Positions 8,326 through 17,117 of a stretch of DNA of 20,000 bases are shown in pieces. The DNA lies in the IMG/VR virus record IMGVR_UViG_3300048817_000099. One strand, written 5' to 3'. The notes beneath the pieces are model-generated. The model had not been told where the DNA came from and ran no database searches. It worked only from the letters and a program-made list of their open reading frames with translations. The first letter of the stretch is position 1. Each line of letters starts with the position of its first letter. Source of the DNA: an uncultured virus (IMG/VR IMGVR_UViG_3300048817_000099) (lineage: Duplodnaviria > Heunggongvirae > Uroviricota > Caudoviricetes). The position numbers and the translations under genes were made by a program.

Positions 8326-8414
8326 AGGTGAGTTCTGGCCTTGGAGCCAAGCCCACCGATGATTTCAGGTCTTAGCGCCTGGTCGCCCTAACAGGTACCC
8401 CACGCGCTAAGGAG
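8326..8414 (+). promoter_or_regulatory. Structured 5' leader of the major capsid gene with anti-SD
   Basis: Two similar hairpins. CTTAGCGC (8371-8378) is the exact reverse complement of GCGCTAAG (8404-8411), which overlaps the SD TAAGGAG. Confidence 0.45.
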
Positions 8415-8424
8415 CCGAAATCAA

Positions 8425-10320
8425 ATGGACCGTATCCAGGAACTGCTCGAGCGTCTGTCCGACCTCTCCGACGAGGAACTGACCGAGCTGAACGGTCTTC
8501 TCGCTGAGGCCTACACGGCCATCGACTCGTCCGACGAGCCGGCCACGGCAGAGCAAATCTCCCAGATGAACACCCTCGTCGAGGGTCTGGAGACCGTGGC
8601 CGCCGAGAACACCCGGCGCACCGAACTGGCGACCCAGCGGGAGCAGCAGAGGGCCGAACTGAAGACCCGGGCCGATGCGCTGCTCAACCCACCTGAAGAG
8701 GGCGAGACGCCGCCCGAGGATGCCCCGACCGACGAGGCCCCGGCGGAGGACGAGGAACTGGACGAGGACGGCAAGCCGAAGAAGAAGGTGACCGCCGAGA
8801 CCCCTCCGGCCGCTGACGAGACCCCGACCGAGGCTCCGGCAGACAGCCCGCTCATCCCGGTGAACGCCAGCACGGAACCCCCACGGGGCGACCCCGCTGC
8901 CGGTGATGGCATGGTCGAGCGCATGGCGGCCGTGGGCGGCCCGGCCAAGCCGAGTCCGACCCAGAATCAGACCGAGACGTTCGGGACCACGCTGGTTGCC
9001 GCCGGCGGTCTGCGGGGCATCGGCATCAACACCCCGTTCGAGGACCGTTTGCAACTCGGTCAGGTCATGGCCGATCAGATCGACGCCTTGGGCCAGCCTC
9101 ACGGTGAGTATCACCACCCAGCGCTGATTGCCACCGCTCGGTGGGAGTACCCCGAGGATCGGCGCCTTACCGGCGACGCCAACGCCAACTCGGAGAAATT
9201 CAACGCCATCTGCGCCATCGAAGCGCAGCGAGTGGACCCCAAGGACACCACGGCGCTTGTTGCAACCGGAGGCGTGTGCTTGCCGGTCAATGTGGATTAC
9301 GCCGTGCCTACGTGGTCGACGGCCGTTCGTCCGTTGCGCGACGGACTCCCTGCTTTCCAGGCCGACCGCGGTGGTCTCCGTTACGTGACCCCGCCGGACA
9401 TCGGCGTCCCCCCGTTGCAGGGCACGGCCAGTGGTGCCGGTCTCTCCACCAACACCTGGACCGAGGCCACCGACGCCAACCCCGCAGGAGCGACCAAGCC
9501 GGTCTGGGAAGTGACCTGCGGCACGGAGAACCTGGTCTACGTGAACGCCATCACCACGAGGGTCCAGTTCGGCAACATGCAGAGCCGGTTCGCCCCTGAG
9601 CAGGTGGCCGCAAACACGCAGCAGGCCATTGCCGTCAGCGCTCGCCAGGCCGAGCTCGAACTGCTCACCCTCATGCTGAGCGTCAGCTTCTGCAAGGAGG
9701 TCAGCATCGGCACCCAGTACCTCGGCGCACTCCGCGATGTCCTGTCGGCCGTCGACCTACTCAAGTCCCAGTACTGCGACTCGCACCGGATTCCCGAGTC
9801 GGCATCGTTCACGGCCATCTTCCCGCAATGGGCCAAGAACATGTTCAAGGCCGACCTCCTGCGTGAGACCGCCCACGACAACGCCGGCCCCCGAGACGTG
9901 CTGGCCGTGACCGACGCCCAGATCGAGGCGCTCTTCAGCGTCCGCGGGGTGAACGTCATCTGGACTTTGGAGGGTGTCAAGAGTGGCACCTACGGCAACG
10001 TGACCGTGGGGACCAGCCAGCAGTTCTCCGTGTTCACCACGGGCAACACGCCCCAGTGGCCTGGTCAGGCATCCAGCGCCGCGTTCGAGTTGCTCTGGCT
10101 GCTCTACGTGGAGGGGACCTACCAGTTCCTCGACTCCGGCCGGCTCGACCTCGGCGTGGTGCGGGACAGCATCCTGGACAGCACTAACGATTACGAGACC
10201 TTCGTGGAGACCTTCGAGGGAGTAGCCGGTCGAGGCATCGACGCCTACGGCGTGGTCCAGACCCTGCTCCCGAACGGTGGTTCGGCAGGAACCGTCGCCG
10301 TCGGCTCCTACAAGGAGTAG
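8425..10320 (+). CDS. Major capsid (hexamer) protein with N-terminal scaffold-like extension
   Basis: Strong SD TAAGGAG. Coiled-coil plus acidic Pro-rich N-terminus, then ALVATGGVCLP...Y, RDGLPAFQADRGG..Y, KP...VTC, GN...RF.PE and LDLGVVRDS.L..TNDY..FVETFEG motifs of this capsid family. Confidence 0.9.
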   Translation: MDRIQELLERLSDLSDEELTELNGLLAEAYTAIDSSDEPATAEQISQMNTLVEGLETVAAENTRRTELATQREQQRAELKTRADALLNPPEEGETPPEDAPTDEAPAEDEELDEDGKPKKKVTAETPPAADETPTEAPADSPLIPVNASTEPPRGDPAAGDGMVERMAAVGGPAKPSPTQNQTETFGTTLVAAGGLRGIGINTPFEDRLQLGQVMADQIDALGQPHGEYHHPALIATARWEYPEDRRLTGDANANSEKFNAICAIEAQRVDPKDTTALVATGGVCLPVNVDYAVPTWSTAVRPLRDGLPAFQADRGGLRYVTPPDIGVPPLQGTASGAGLSTNTWTEATDANPAGATKPVWEVTCGTENLVYVNAITTRVQFGNMQSRFAPEQVAANTQQAIAVSARQAELELLTLMLSVSFCKEVSIGTQYLGALRDVLSAVDLLKSQYCDSHRIPESASFTAIFPQWAKNMFKADLLRETAHDNAGPRDVLAVTDAQIEALFSVRGVNVIWTLEGVKSGTYGNVTVGTSQQFSVFTTGNTPQWPGQASSAAFELLWLLYVEGTYQFLDSGRLDLGVVRDSILDSTNDYETFVETFEGVAGRGIDAYGVVQTLLPNGGSAGTVAVGSYKE

Positions 10321-10330
10321 TCGGTCGTTC

Positions 10331-10419
10331 ATGCGCACTACGTTCCTGGCTCCGGCCCGTCCCCGCATCGCTGGTGGTGGTGTGCTGGGACGCGGCCGGG
10401 CTGGGACTGAGGTGCGCGT
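10331..10419 (+). promoter_or_regulatory. Long imperfect hairpin covering the SD of the next gene
   Basis: Nested pairings ATGCGCAC/GTGCGCGT, TCCTGGC/GCTGGGA, CCGGCC/GGCCGG and CGTCCC/GGGACG. The 3' arm includes GAGGTG (10409-10414). Confidence 0.6.
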
Positions 10420-10422
10420 CTG

Positions 10423-11958
10423 ATGGCCATGACCCCGCGCCTACTCGCTCCGGTGGCCGAACCGCCGCCGCCCAAGCCGCCTCAGTTGAACCTCGTCGCG
10501 TCGAGCCTCATGCCCGATGTCGACACCGACACCTTCGGTCCCGACGACGGCCCGTCTCTTGCCGCGTCCATCGGTCTGCACGCTCGGGTCCCGGTCGGCT
10601 CTGACCGCACCCTCTACGACATCCACCCCGGCGAGTCTGCCTACAGCGAGGTCATGGAGTACCGCAACGGGCTGATTGCCGCGGTCGGGGTCATGTCCGA
10701 GATGGAGCTCAAGCAGGTCGAGCAGGACGCCGGGGTCACCGTCGATTCGCTGCCCAAGTCCATCTTCGCGGCCACCTCGTCCGAGGACCGCTGGACCGGC
10801 GGTTTCGCCTACGCCCCCGAGAACCAGTACGCCGGCATCCTGGCCGACCCCTGTGGCCAGGTCATCGACCTGCCCTACCTGTCGCCTCAGAACGGCCTAG
10901 CCGCCCCCGCAGGACCCGCCGCCACCCCGTCAATCACCGGTGGTCACCTGACTGCTGCTGCTTCCCCCTACTCCTACGTGGTGGCCGCCGTCGGCATCAC
11001 CGGTGGGCAGGGGACGCCGACAGCCGCCTTCACCGGCACCATCGCCAGCGGAATCGTCGGCTCGAACGCCCTGGCCTGGTCGGCGGTAACCGGTGCGGCC
11101 AGCTACAACGTCTACGGCCGGTTCCCCGGTTCGTACCAGCTCATCGCCAATGTGACCGGGACCAGCTTCACCGACACCGGTGCGGCTGCTCCCACCCTGG
11201 CCGGCCAGTCCGAGAACCTGCCCCAGGTCGGGTTCATCCCCTTCCTCATCCAGGTGCAGGACACCGCCTCGGCCTTCGGGTGGGAGGTCCGTGACTACGT
11301 GGGCCGGGCCATGCGCCTACTGGACAACGCCACCCCGAATGCCCTCGAGCGGGAGTTGTGGACAGGCACGTTCGCCCAGAACACCGAGACCGGCCCCATG
11401 TACCAGTCGGACTTCCCCGGCGGTCTCAACGCCTTCTTCCAGCAGACAGGGACCATCGCTGACGGGGGTTCCGCATTGGCCGCCGTCGACCTCACCCCGG
11501 GAAGCTCGGGCGGGGGCGGCACGCCGTGCTCCATCACCCGCGGTATCCAAATCCTCGAGGACTACCTGGCCAACACCGGCTTCGGTGGACAAGGAATGCT
11601 CCACGTCGCCCCCGAGACCTCTCCCAACCTGCTCGGTGCCCGGCGAGTCGGCTCGCTCCTGCTCTCGGTGATGGACAACATCATCGTGCCCGGCTCGGGC
11701 TACCCGACCTCGGGTTCGACTGGGCCCATCGGCAACTCCAGCGCCAGCCCTGGTGCCGGAAACGCCTGGATCTACGCCACCGACCTCGTCTCCGTGCGTT
11801 TGGACGACCCCATGTTCTGGCCCTCGACCATGGCCGAGGCCACCGACCGCGGCAACTTCGCCAGCCCCAACACCGTCCGCATCAGGGCGCAGCGGGCAGG
11901 CGCGGCCACGTGGGACCAGAGTCGGCTCGCCGGTTGCAGAGTCACCCTTTCGACATGA
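10423..11958 (+). CDS. Second capsid protein (major capsid pentamer-like) with inserted FN3/Ig-like domain
   Basis: Follows the capsid gene. Motifs RWTGG..Y.PE, PF.I, RA.RLL....NALERELW.G, LEDYLA....G..MLH, I.VPGSGYP, WIYAT. Beta-rich insertion at about 10897-11196. Confidence 0.65.
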   Translation: MAMTPRLLAPVAEPPPPKPPQLNLVASSLMPDVDTDTFGPDDGPSLAASIGLHARVPVGSDRTLYDIHPGESAYSEVMEYRNGLIAAVGVMSEMELKQVEQDAGVTVDSLPKSIFAATSSEDRWTGGFAYAPENQYAGILADPCGQVIDLPYLSPQNGLAAPAGPAATPSITGGHLTAAASPYSYVVAAVGITGGQGTPTAAFTGTIASGIVGSNALAWSAVTGAASYNVYGRFPGSYQLIANVTGTSFTDTGAAAPTLAGQSENLPQVGFIPFLIQVQDTASAFGWEVRDYVGRAMRLLDNATPNALERELWTGTFAQNTETGPMYQSDFPGGLNAFFQQTGTIADGGSALAAVDLTPGSSGGGGTPCSITRGIQILEDYLANTGFGGQGMLHVAPETSPNLLGARRVGSLLLSVMDNIIVPGSGYPTSGSTGPIGNSSASPGAGNAWIYATDLVSVRLDDPMFWPSTMAEATDRGNFASPNTVRIRAQRAGAATWDQSRLAGCRVTLST

Positions 11959-11996
11959 CCCTTTTCAACATCAACCCTCAACTGGAGGTTTAACCC

Positions 11997-13223
11997 ATGG
12001 CAGCTCCCCAGGACGGCAGAGCACAGGTATTTGCGGTCGTCACCAGAGTGACCACGCTGGACGTGAACGGGTTCCCCGCCGTGGGGGCCAACGTGTTCAC
12101 GACCAACTCGCTGCTCAAGTGCAGCTTCGCCCCGGCCGAGGAGACCGGTGTCGACCTGGCCACCATCAACGCCAACGGTGACCTCTACAGCCACTACAAG
12201 CACGGGGACATGCCCAAGTACTACACCGTGCAGATCGAGATCGGGACACCCGACCCGATCCTCCACCAGATGCTGGCCGGCGGCACCGTCCTCACCGCTT
12301 CCGGTACTGCTCTCGGTACCCCCACCGGGACCATCACCGCGGTGGGGCAGATCACCCTCGGGTCGCTGCCCGCGGCCACCTACGGCTACCTGGTCACCCA
12401 GTTCAACCAGTACGGCGAGTCCAAGACCGCGGCCGAAGTGACCGGCACGGTTGCTTCGGGTACCTCGGGCACCATGGTCGTCTCCGGCATGGTGGCTGCC
12501 GCAGGTGCCACCGGCCTGAACGTCTACGGGCGCATCCCCGGCGGTGAGCAGTTGCTCGGCTCGGTGCCCAACATCGGGAGCCAGGCCACCGCCGCCGCAT
12601 CGGGGACCGGCACGGTGACCAGCCTGACGGTGACCGCCCTGACCGACGCCATCCCCCAGGGGACCACGTTCCAGATCACCGGGGACACCAACACCACCAA
12701 GATCGTGTTCACCACGACCCAGCCTGCCGGTGTGGGGGCCACCGCCCTCAACGTCTCGGCCAGCCAGTCAATCACCACGACCATCGTGGCCGCCGCCATC
12801 GTCCCCTGCTTCGTCGACACCGGTTCTCTGGTCCCCTCGGGCGGTTACCCCACGGTCGACACCACGGCGGGTCCTGGGGCGGACACAGGGTACGCAGCGG
12901 CCGCTCTGGGTGTGGTCGGCAACCCCAACGGCGTCAGCCTCGAGTTCTGGGGCGCCGCCATCCTGGGTGGGGCCGAGACCCCGAACCTGCCCTACTACCG
13001 CTGGGTCATCCCGAAGGTCCAGAACATCACCGAGGGCGGCCGGACCTTCCAGCCCGCCATCTTGGAGAACGTCTACATGGGCCAAGGGGTGCAGAACCCG
13101 AACTGGGGTGCAGGGCCCTTCGGGGACTGGCAGTTCCCTTCGACCCAGGTGTACCAGTACGCCTCGGCCGGACGCTCCACGCTGCCCGTCGCCGGCTTCG
13201 CCCCTGTGCCCGCAACGGCATAG
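11997..13223 (+). CDS. Major tail (tube) protein with inserted decoration domains
   Basis: SD GGAGG. RVTTLD..G.P, E.G......NANG, PDP.L..ML.GG, GVSLEFW, Y.RWVIP and NPNWG.GPFGDW motifs. Thr/Gly-rich beta insertion at 12312-12824. Confidence 0.85.
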   Translation: MAAPQDGRAQVFAVVTRVTTLDVNGFPAVGANVFTTNSLLKCSFAPAEETGVDLATINANGDLYSHYKHGDMPKYYTVQIEIGTPDPILHQMLAGGTVLTASGTALGTPTGTITAVGQITLGSLPAATYGYLVTQFNQYGESKTAAEVTGTVASGTSGTMVVSGMVAAAGATGLNVYGRIPGGEQLLGSVPNIGSQATAAASGTGTVTSLTVTALTDAIPQGTTFQITGDTNTTKIVFTTTQPAGVGATALNVSASQSITTTIVAAAIVPCFVDTGSLVPSGGYPTVDTTAGPGADTGYAAAALGVVGNPNGVSLEFWGAAILGGAETPNLPYYRWVIPKVQNITEGGRTFQPAILENVYMGQGVQNPNWGAGPFGDWQFPSTQVYQYASAGRSTLPVAGFAPVPATA

Positions 13224-13241
13224 GCTCAGGGGTAGAACCCC

Positions 13242-14108
13242 ATGTCCAGCACGTTCGATACCCCCCGTCTGGGGCCCAACGTTCCGTGGATTTCTGCCTC
13301 CACGGTGCTCGTTCAGGAGCCGTTGCAGGACCTGACCGTCTCGGTGGCCCTGGCCACGCAGATGGCGGTGGTGGCGTCGAACATCTGCTACCGCCTCAGT
13401 CGTCGCATGTTCACCGGACTGGCCGGACCGGTGACTGTGCGACCTCTGGCTCGGCCCACCGACGTTGACACCCGGTTCGGCTATTGGGGCGGCGGTGGCG
13501 CTGGCGGGGGTTATCTCAACGGGGGCCAGTTTGCCGGGGCCTACGGGCAGCAGAGCGGCGGGGTCAACTACTTCGGGTCGTCGAAACCGTCAGAGGTGGA
13601 GCTCGGGGGATTCCCGATTGTGCAGATTCTTTCGGTACTCATCGACGGTGTCCGCATACCGCCCAACGAGTACTACGTCCAGAACCGTCGAGTGCTGGTC
13701 AGGGCGAGGGCCTCAGCTAGTGCGGAGCCGACTGAACGTTTCGGCTGGCCGATGGCTCAGAATCTGGCGTTGCCGGACACGCAGCAGAACACATTCTCGG
13801 TCACGTACCTCTACGGCGTCGCTCCGCCCGAGGAAGGCGTTCTGGCGGCCACGACGATGGCCACGCAGTTGGTGCTCAACGCCATCGGGGAGGACAATTC
13901 GCTGCCACAGCGGGTGACCTCCATCACCCGGCAGGGTGTCACCGTCGCCGTGGTTGACGTAATGGACTTCTTCTCCAAGGGCCTAACTGGCCTTTGGGAG
14001 GTGGACTCGTTCATAGCCGCCGTGAACCCAACCAAGGCCAAGTTGCCGGGGTTGGCCTGGAGCCCAGATGTCGGCCGGCCGAGAAGAATGCCCCCCAGTT
14101 TCAGTTGA
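13242..14108 (+). CDS. Head-to-tail adaptor
   Basis: LS.RMF.G....TVRP, V.IDG..IP...Y, WP..QNL..P....TFSVTY.YG..PP and LPQRVTSITRQGVT...GLTGL.EVD.FI.AVNP signature. Confidence 0.85.
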   Translation: MSSTFDTPRLGPNVPWISASTVLVQEPLQDLTVSVALATQMAVVASNICYRLSRRMFTGLAGPVTVRPLARPTDVDTRFGYWGGGGAGGGYLNGGQFAGAYGQQSGGVNYFGSSKPSEVELGGFPIVQILSVLIDGVRIPPNEYYVQNRRVLVRARASASAEPTERFGWPMAQNLALPDTQQNTFSVTYLYGVAPPEEGVLAATTMATQLVLNAIGEDNSLPQRVTSITRQGVTVAVVDVMDFFSKGLTGLWEVDSFIAAVNPTKAKLPGLAWSPDVGRPRRMPPSFS

Positions 14109-14148
14109 CTGCCGTAGCATGACCCCAGACCGATAGGAGACCTGACCA

Positions 14149-14631
14149 ATGGACGCCTCAATCTCAGACGACCCACGCGCTCCGGATAGCGACTTCGACG
14201 ACCCGGACCTCGTCCGTTGGCGCAATCTGGGCGCCACCCCCGACGAGGCCAAGACCCTCGGTTCCACGGGACTCGACTCGGTCGACGACGCCACGCTCCT
14301 TGACCGCCTGACGGCTCTGAGGGCCTCAGATGGACCGAAGGACGACGATGGGGCCGACACCGGCTCTCAGGGCACCACAGGGGGCGCTCCTGACGACGGC
14401 GAGCCACTGACCCTGCTGGAGCAGCGGGCCAAGGCCGACGCCGGCGAGTGGACCCCAGCCGAACCCCTCACCGTCGCAGGCGTCCAGTACCCGGTGTGGG
14501 ACCTGGCCTACGCCTGGGTCGGCACCCGCATGGGCGACGAGGTCACCGGCGCTCACCTGCTGGCCCCGAACCTGGAGGCCCTGGCCGAGTCCATCGCCAT
14601 CCGGGTGGCTGCCACCAAGTCGCAGGAGTAA
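14149..14631 (+). CDS. Acidic hypothetical protein
   Basis: SD AGGAG upstream. Fills the gap in the structural operon; codons end mostly in G/C. Confidence 0.75.
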   Translation: MDASISDDPRAPDSDFDDPDLVRWRNLGATPDEAKTLGSTGLDSVDDATLLDRLTALRASDGPKDDDGADTGSQGTTGGAPDDGEPLTLLEQRAKADAGEWTPAEPLTVAGVQYPVWDLAYAWVGTRMGDEVTGAHLLAPNLEALAESIAIRVAATKSQE

Positions 14632-14637
14632 CCGCTG

Positions 14638-15189
14638 GTGGGGTTCAACCCGGCCACCCTGATTCCAGCGCCTCGGTTCAACATCCAGGCTGCCAGCGAC
14701 GCTCTATTCGGAGCCACGGTGGCCCTCATGGGGTTCTACGGTGCTGTCGACCTCCCCACGCGCCAGGGTTCGGTGCCCGGCAGTGAGCCGGCCTGGGACG
14801 ATGAGCAGTTCACCATCAATCACCTGAACATGACCATGGGCCAGCCGGGGATTGAACCGAACCAGGCGGTCAACCCGACGCAGCTGCTGTTCTTCTACAA
14901 CTTCGAGCTGCTCCTGCTCCGCAAGGTGGAGACCATCACCGGCAAAGGGAAGCAGGGCGGAATCCCCAGTGCCATCAAGCTGACCGCCGACGCTCAGACC
15001 ATCGAGCAGGACGGGGTGGCGATGCTCCAGGCCGTCGTGGCCATGCACCTCAACGGACTCATCGTGCCGGTGGAGGTCCCGTTCAAGTACGCAGCGCCGA
15101 CTGCGCTCACTCCGGCGGGCGGACTGTCGGGGAACAGGATGGGGGTTTCCTTCCAGGCCGGGTTCAGCCCGCAGCCAGGCGACTACTGA
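14638..15189 (+). CDS. Probable tail terminator/completion protein
   Basis: Position and size fit. LP.RQG.VPG..PAWD..Q, LLR and P.GG..G motifs are typical of this family. The stop overlaps the next ATG. Confidence 0.6.
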   Translation: MGFNPATLIPAPRFNIQAASDALFGATVALMGFYGAVDLPTRQGSVPGSEPAWDDEQFTINHLNMTMGQPGIEPNQAVNPTQLLFFYNFELLLLRKVETITGKGKQGGIPSAIKLTADAQTIEQDGVAMLQAVVAMHLNGLIVPVEVPFKYAAPTALTPAGGLSGNRMGVSFQAGFSPQPGDY

Positions 15190-16190
15190 TGCCCTACACC
15201 GCTGTTGAGATTGCTGCGATGCAGACCGATCAATCGGCAGTCACGTCCGCGCAAGCGAAGGTCACCGCGGACATCGCTGCCGGTGGTTCGTCGTCAGTTC
15301 TTCGCCTGGCGTTCTACTATCCGTGGTTCCCCAACGCATGGAATCAGCAAGGCTTCGATCCCTTCTCGCACTACCAGCCGACGCTGGGGTACTACTCGTC
15401 GTCCAACCCAGCGGTGTTGGCCAATCACGTAGCAGCCTTGCTATACGGGAACATGGATGCAGGGATCATTTCCTGGTGGGGGCAGGGCAGCCAGGAAGAC
15501 ACCGTGGTCCCGCTTGCCTTGGCGGCTGCACACGGCACATCGTTCCAGTGGACCCTGTACTACGAGGCACAGGGAATCGGTGACCCAGACGTGGCCCAGA
15601 TTGAGAGCGACCTGGCCTACATCAAAGAGCACTACGCCAGCGATCCGAACTTCTTGCACATCGACGGCAAGCCGGCCCTATTCGTCTACGCCCAGTCGTC
15701 GGACGCCTGCCCGATGGCGACGACGTGGAGCACGGCTAACGGGACCGAAGACTTCTTCGTCGTCCTGAAGGTGTTCCCCAACTACGCGACGTGCCCGAAT
15801 CAGCCCGAAGGCTGGCATCAATACGGCCCGGCGAGCGCCATCGACCATCAGGTCGGCTTCAGCTTCACCATCTCCCCGGGGTACTGGAAGCGGACCGACG
15901 CTACGCCTCTGCTGGTGCGTAATTCGACGATCTGGGCTCAGAGCATCCAAGCCATGGTGGCCAGTGGTGAACGGTTCCAACTGGTCACCACGTACAACGA
16001 ATGGGGCGAGGGCACTGCGGTCGAGAGCGGGACGCTGTGGGAGTCTGCCTCCGGGTTCGGTATCTACCTGGACGCCTTGCATGAGCTGATCCCGAGCGGG
16101 ACTGCCCTGGCCAGTTTGCAGAACGACCAACGGGCGGCTGTTGCGGCGGCGGCAAAGGTCACGAAGGACATCGCTGGGCTGCGCCCATAA
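15189..16190 (+). CDS. Glycoside hydrolase, GH99/GH71-like (endo-alpha-mannanase-like)
   Basis: AFYYPWF, P.LGYYSS.NP, IISWWG, YYE, IDGKP.LFVY, ISPGY and TTYNEWGEGTAVE (intact ExxE catalytic pair). Confidence 0.8.
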   Translation: MPYTAVEIAAMQTDQSAVTSAQAKVTADIAAGGSSSVLRLAFYYPWFPNAWNQQGFDPFSHYQPTLGYYSSSNPAVLANHVAALLYGNMDAGIISWWGQGSQEDTVVPLALAAAHGTSFQWTLYYEAQGIGDPDVAQIESDLAYIKEHYASDPNFLHIDGKPALFVYAQSSDACPMATTWSTANGTEDFFVVLKVFPNYATCPNQPEGWHQYGPASAIDHQVGFSFTISPGYWKRTDATPLLVRNSTIWAQSIQAMVASGERFQLVTTYNEWGEGTAVESGTLWESASGFGIYLDALHELIPSGTALASLQNDQRAAVAAAAKVTKDIAGLRP

Positions 16191-16210
16191 GCAGCAGTAC
16201 CATTCGGTTC

Positions 16211-16510
16211 ATGAAAAGAACCGTCATAGACCAGTGGCTCGGGCCATGGATATCGCAGATCGTCGCCGGTCCCGATTACCAGTCAGGCGACTTGGCCATT
16301 GAAATCGTGTACGACGAGGGATCAGGTTCGGGCACGGTGTCGAGTCACGTTCCGGCCATCTTCCTGTCCCAGTTCATCCCCCCGGGCACAGTGTCATCCG
16401 TCAGCTTCACGCACTACTCCACGCTCAAGGCTGCCGAGGACATAACTGGTGTCGATGAGTTGGACCTGGCCGTGTCGGCCAACAGCCTGCGAAGTGCATT
16501 CGGGTTCTGA
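16211..16510 (+). pseudogene. C-terminal fragment of a phosphoesterase (acid phosphatase/phospholipase C family)
   Basis: D.WL, I.YDEG, HVP.IF.S and FTHYSTLK..EDI.G...L motifs. The N-terminal catalytic portion is absent and there is no clear SD. Confidence 0.65.
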
Positions 16511-16686
16511 TGGCCGAGGGCGAGCTGGTCGACCTGCTCACCCCCATGTTTAGTGGCGACTCGACCGCTGCCCGCAATGGCATTCGGCAAGTCCTCGCCA
16601 TGTCGGACCAGGAAGCAGAGGACTGCCTAGTCCGCTGGTACGGCAACGAGATGCTCGAACTGGCGCGCCGAGGCCCTGATGGCTGA
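16510..16686 (+). CDS. Small hypothetical protein (58 aa)
   Basis: MAEGELVDLLTPMFSGDSTAARNGIRQVLAMSDQEAEDCLVRWYGNEMLELARRGPDG*. Overlaps both neighbours (TGATG and ATGGCTGA); not in the ORF track. Confidence 0.6.
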   Translation: MAEGELVDLLTPMFSGDSTAARNGIRQVLAMSDQEAEDCLVRWYGNEMLELARRGPDG

Positions 16687-17104
16687 CGGGGGCGTCCGCT
16701 TCACCATTGATGGGGCAGCCCTGGCCGAACTACTCCGTGGCCCCGACGGCCCAGTCGTCCAGCATCTCATCCGCCGGGCCGACGCTGTCATCGTCAAGGC
16801 CCGGTCGAACATCCGAGGGCACACCGACGGGCCGCTGGCCAACTCGATTGTGAAGCGGCCGGGGATGTCGGAGGCGGGGCCGTACTACGAAGTGATTGCG
16901 GGGTTGGGACTCTCGCCTCAGTACGCGCTTTTTTATCATGAGGGGACAGGTCCACCTGGCGGTCGTATATACCCGAAGCGGGCGAAGTTCCTCGCATTCA
17001 AGGGGAAGAGCGGCAACATGGTTTTCACCAAGTCGGTCAAGACCTTCGGTGGCAACAAATTCTTGTCCGAGGCCTTGGAAGAAGTAATGGCGTCGGACCT
17101 CTGA
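16679..17104 (+). CDS. HK97 gp10-like neck/tail component
   Basis: G.LANSI, YALFYHEGT, I.PKRAKFLAF, VFTKSV and N.FL.EAL motifs. Confidence 0.75.
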   Translation: MADGGVRFTIDGAALAELLRGPDGPVVQHLIRRADAVIVKARSNIRGHTDGPLANSIVKRPGMSEAGPYYEVIAGLGLSPQYALFYHEGTGPPGGRIYPKRAKFLAFKGKSGNMVFTKSVKTFGGNKFLSEALEEVMASDL

Positions 17105-17117
17105 TCCGTAGACCAGA

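Noticed and set aside
11965..11982. Three TCAAC copies before the tail gene
   Set aside because: Too short; consistent with an unstructured A/C-rich translation enhancer ahead of a strong SD.
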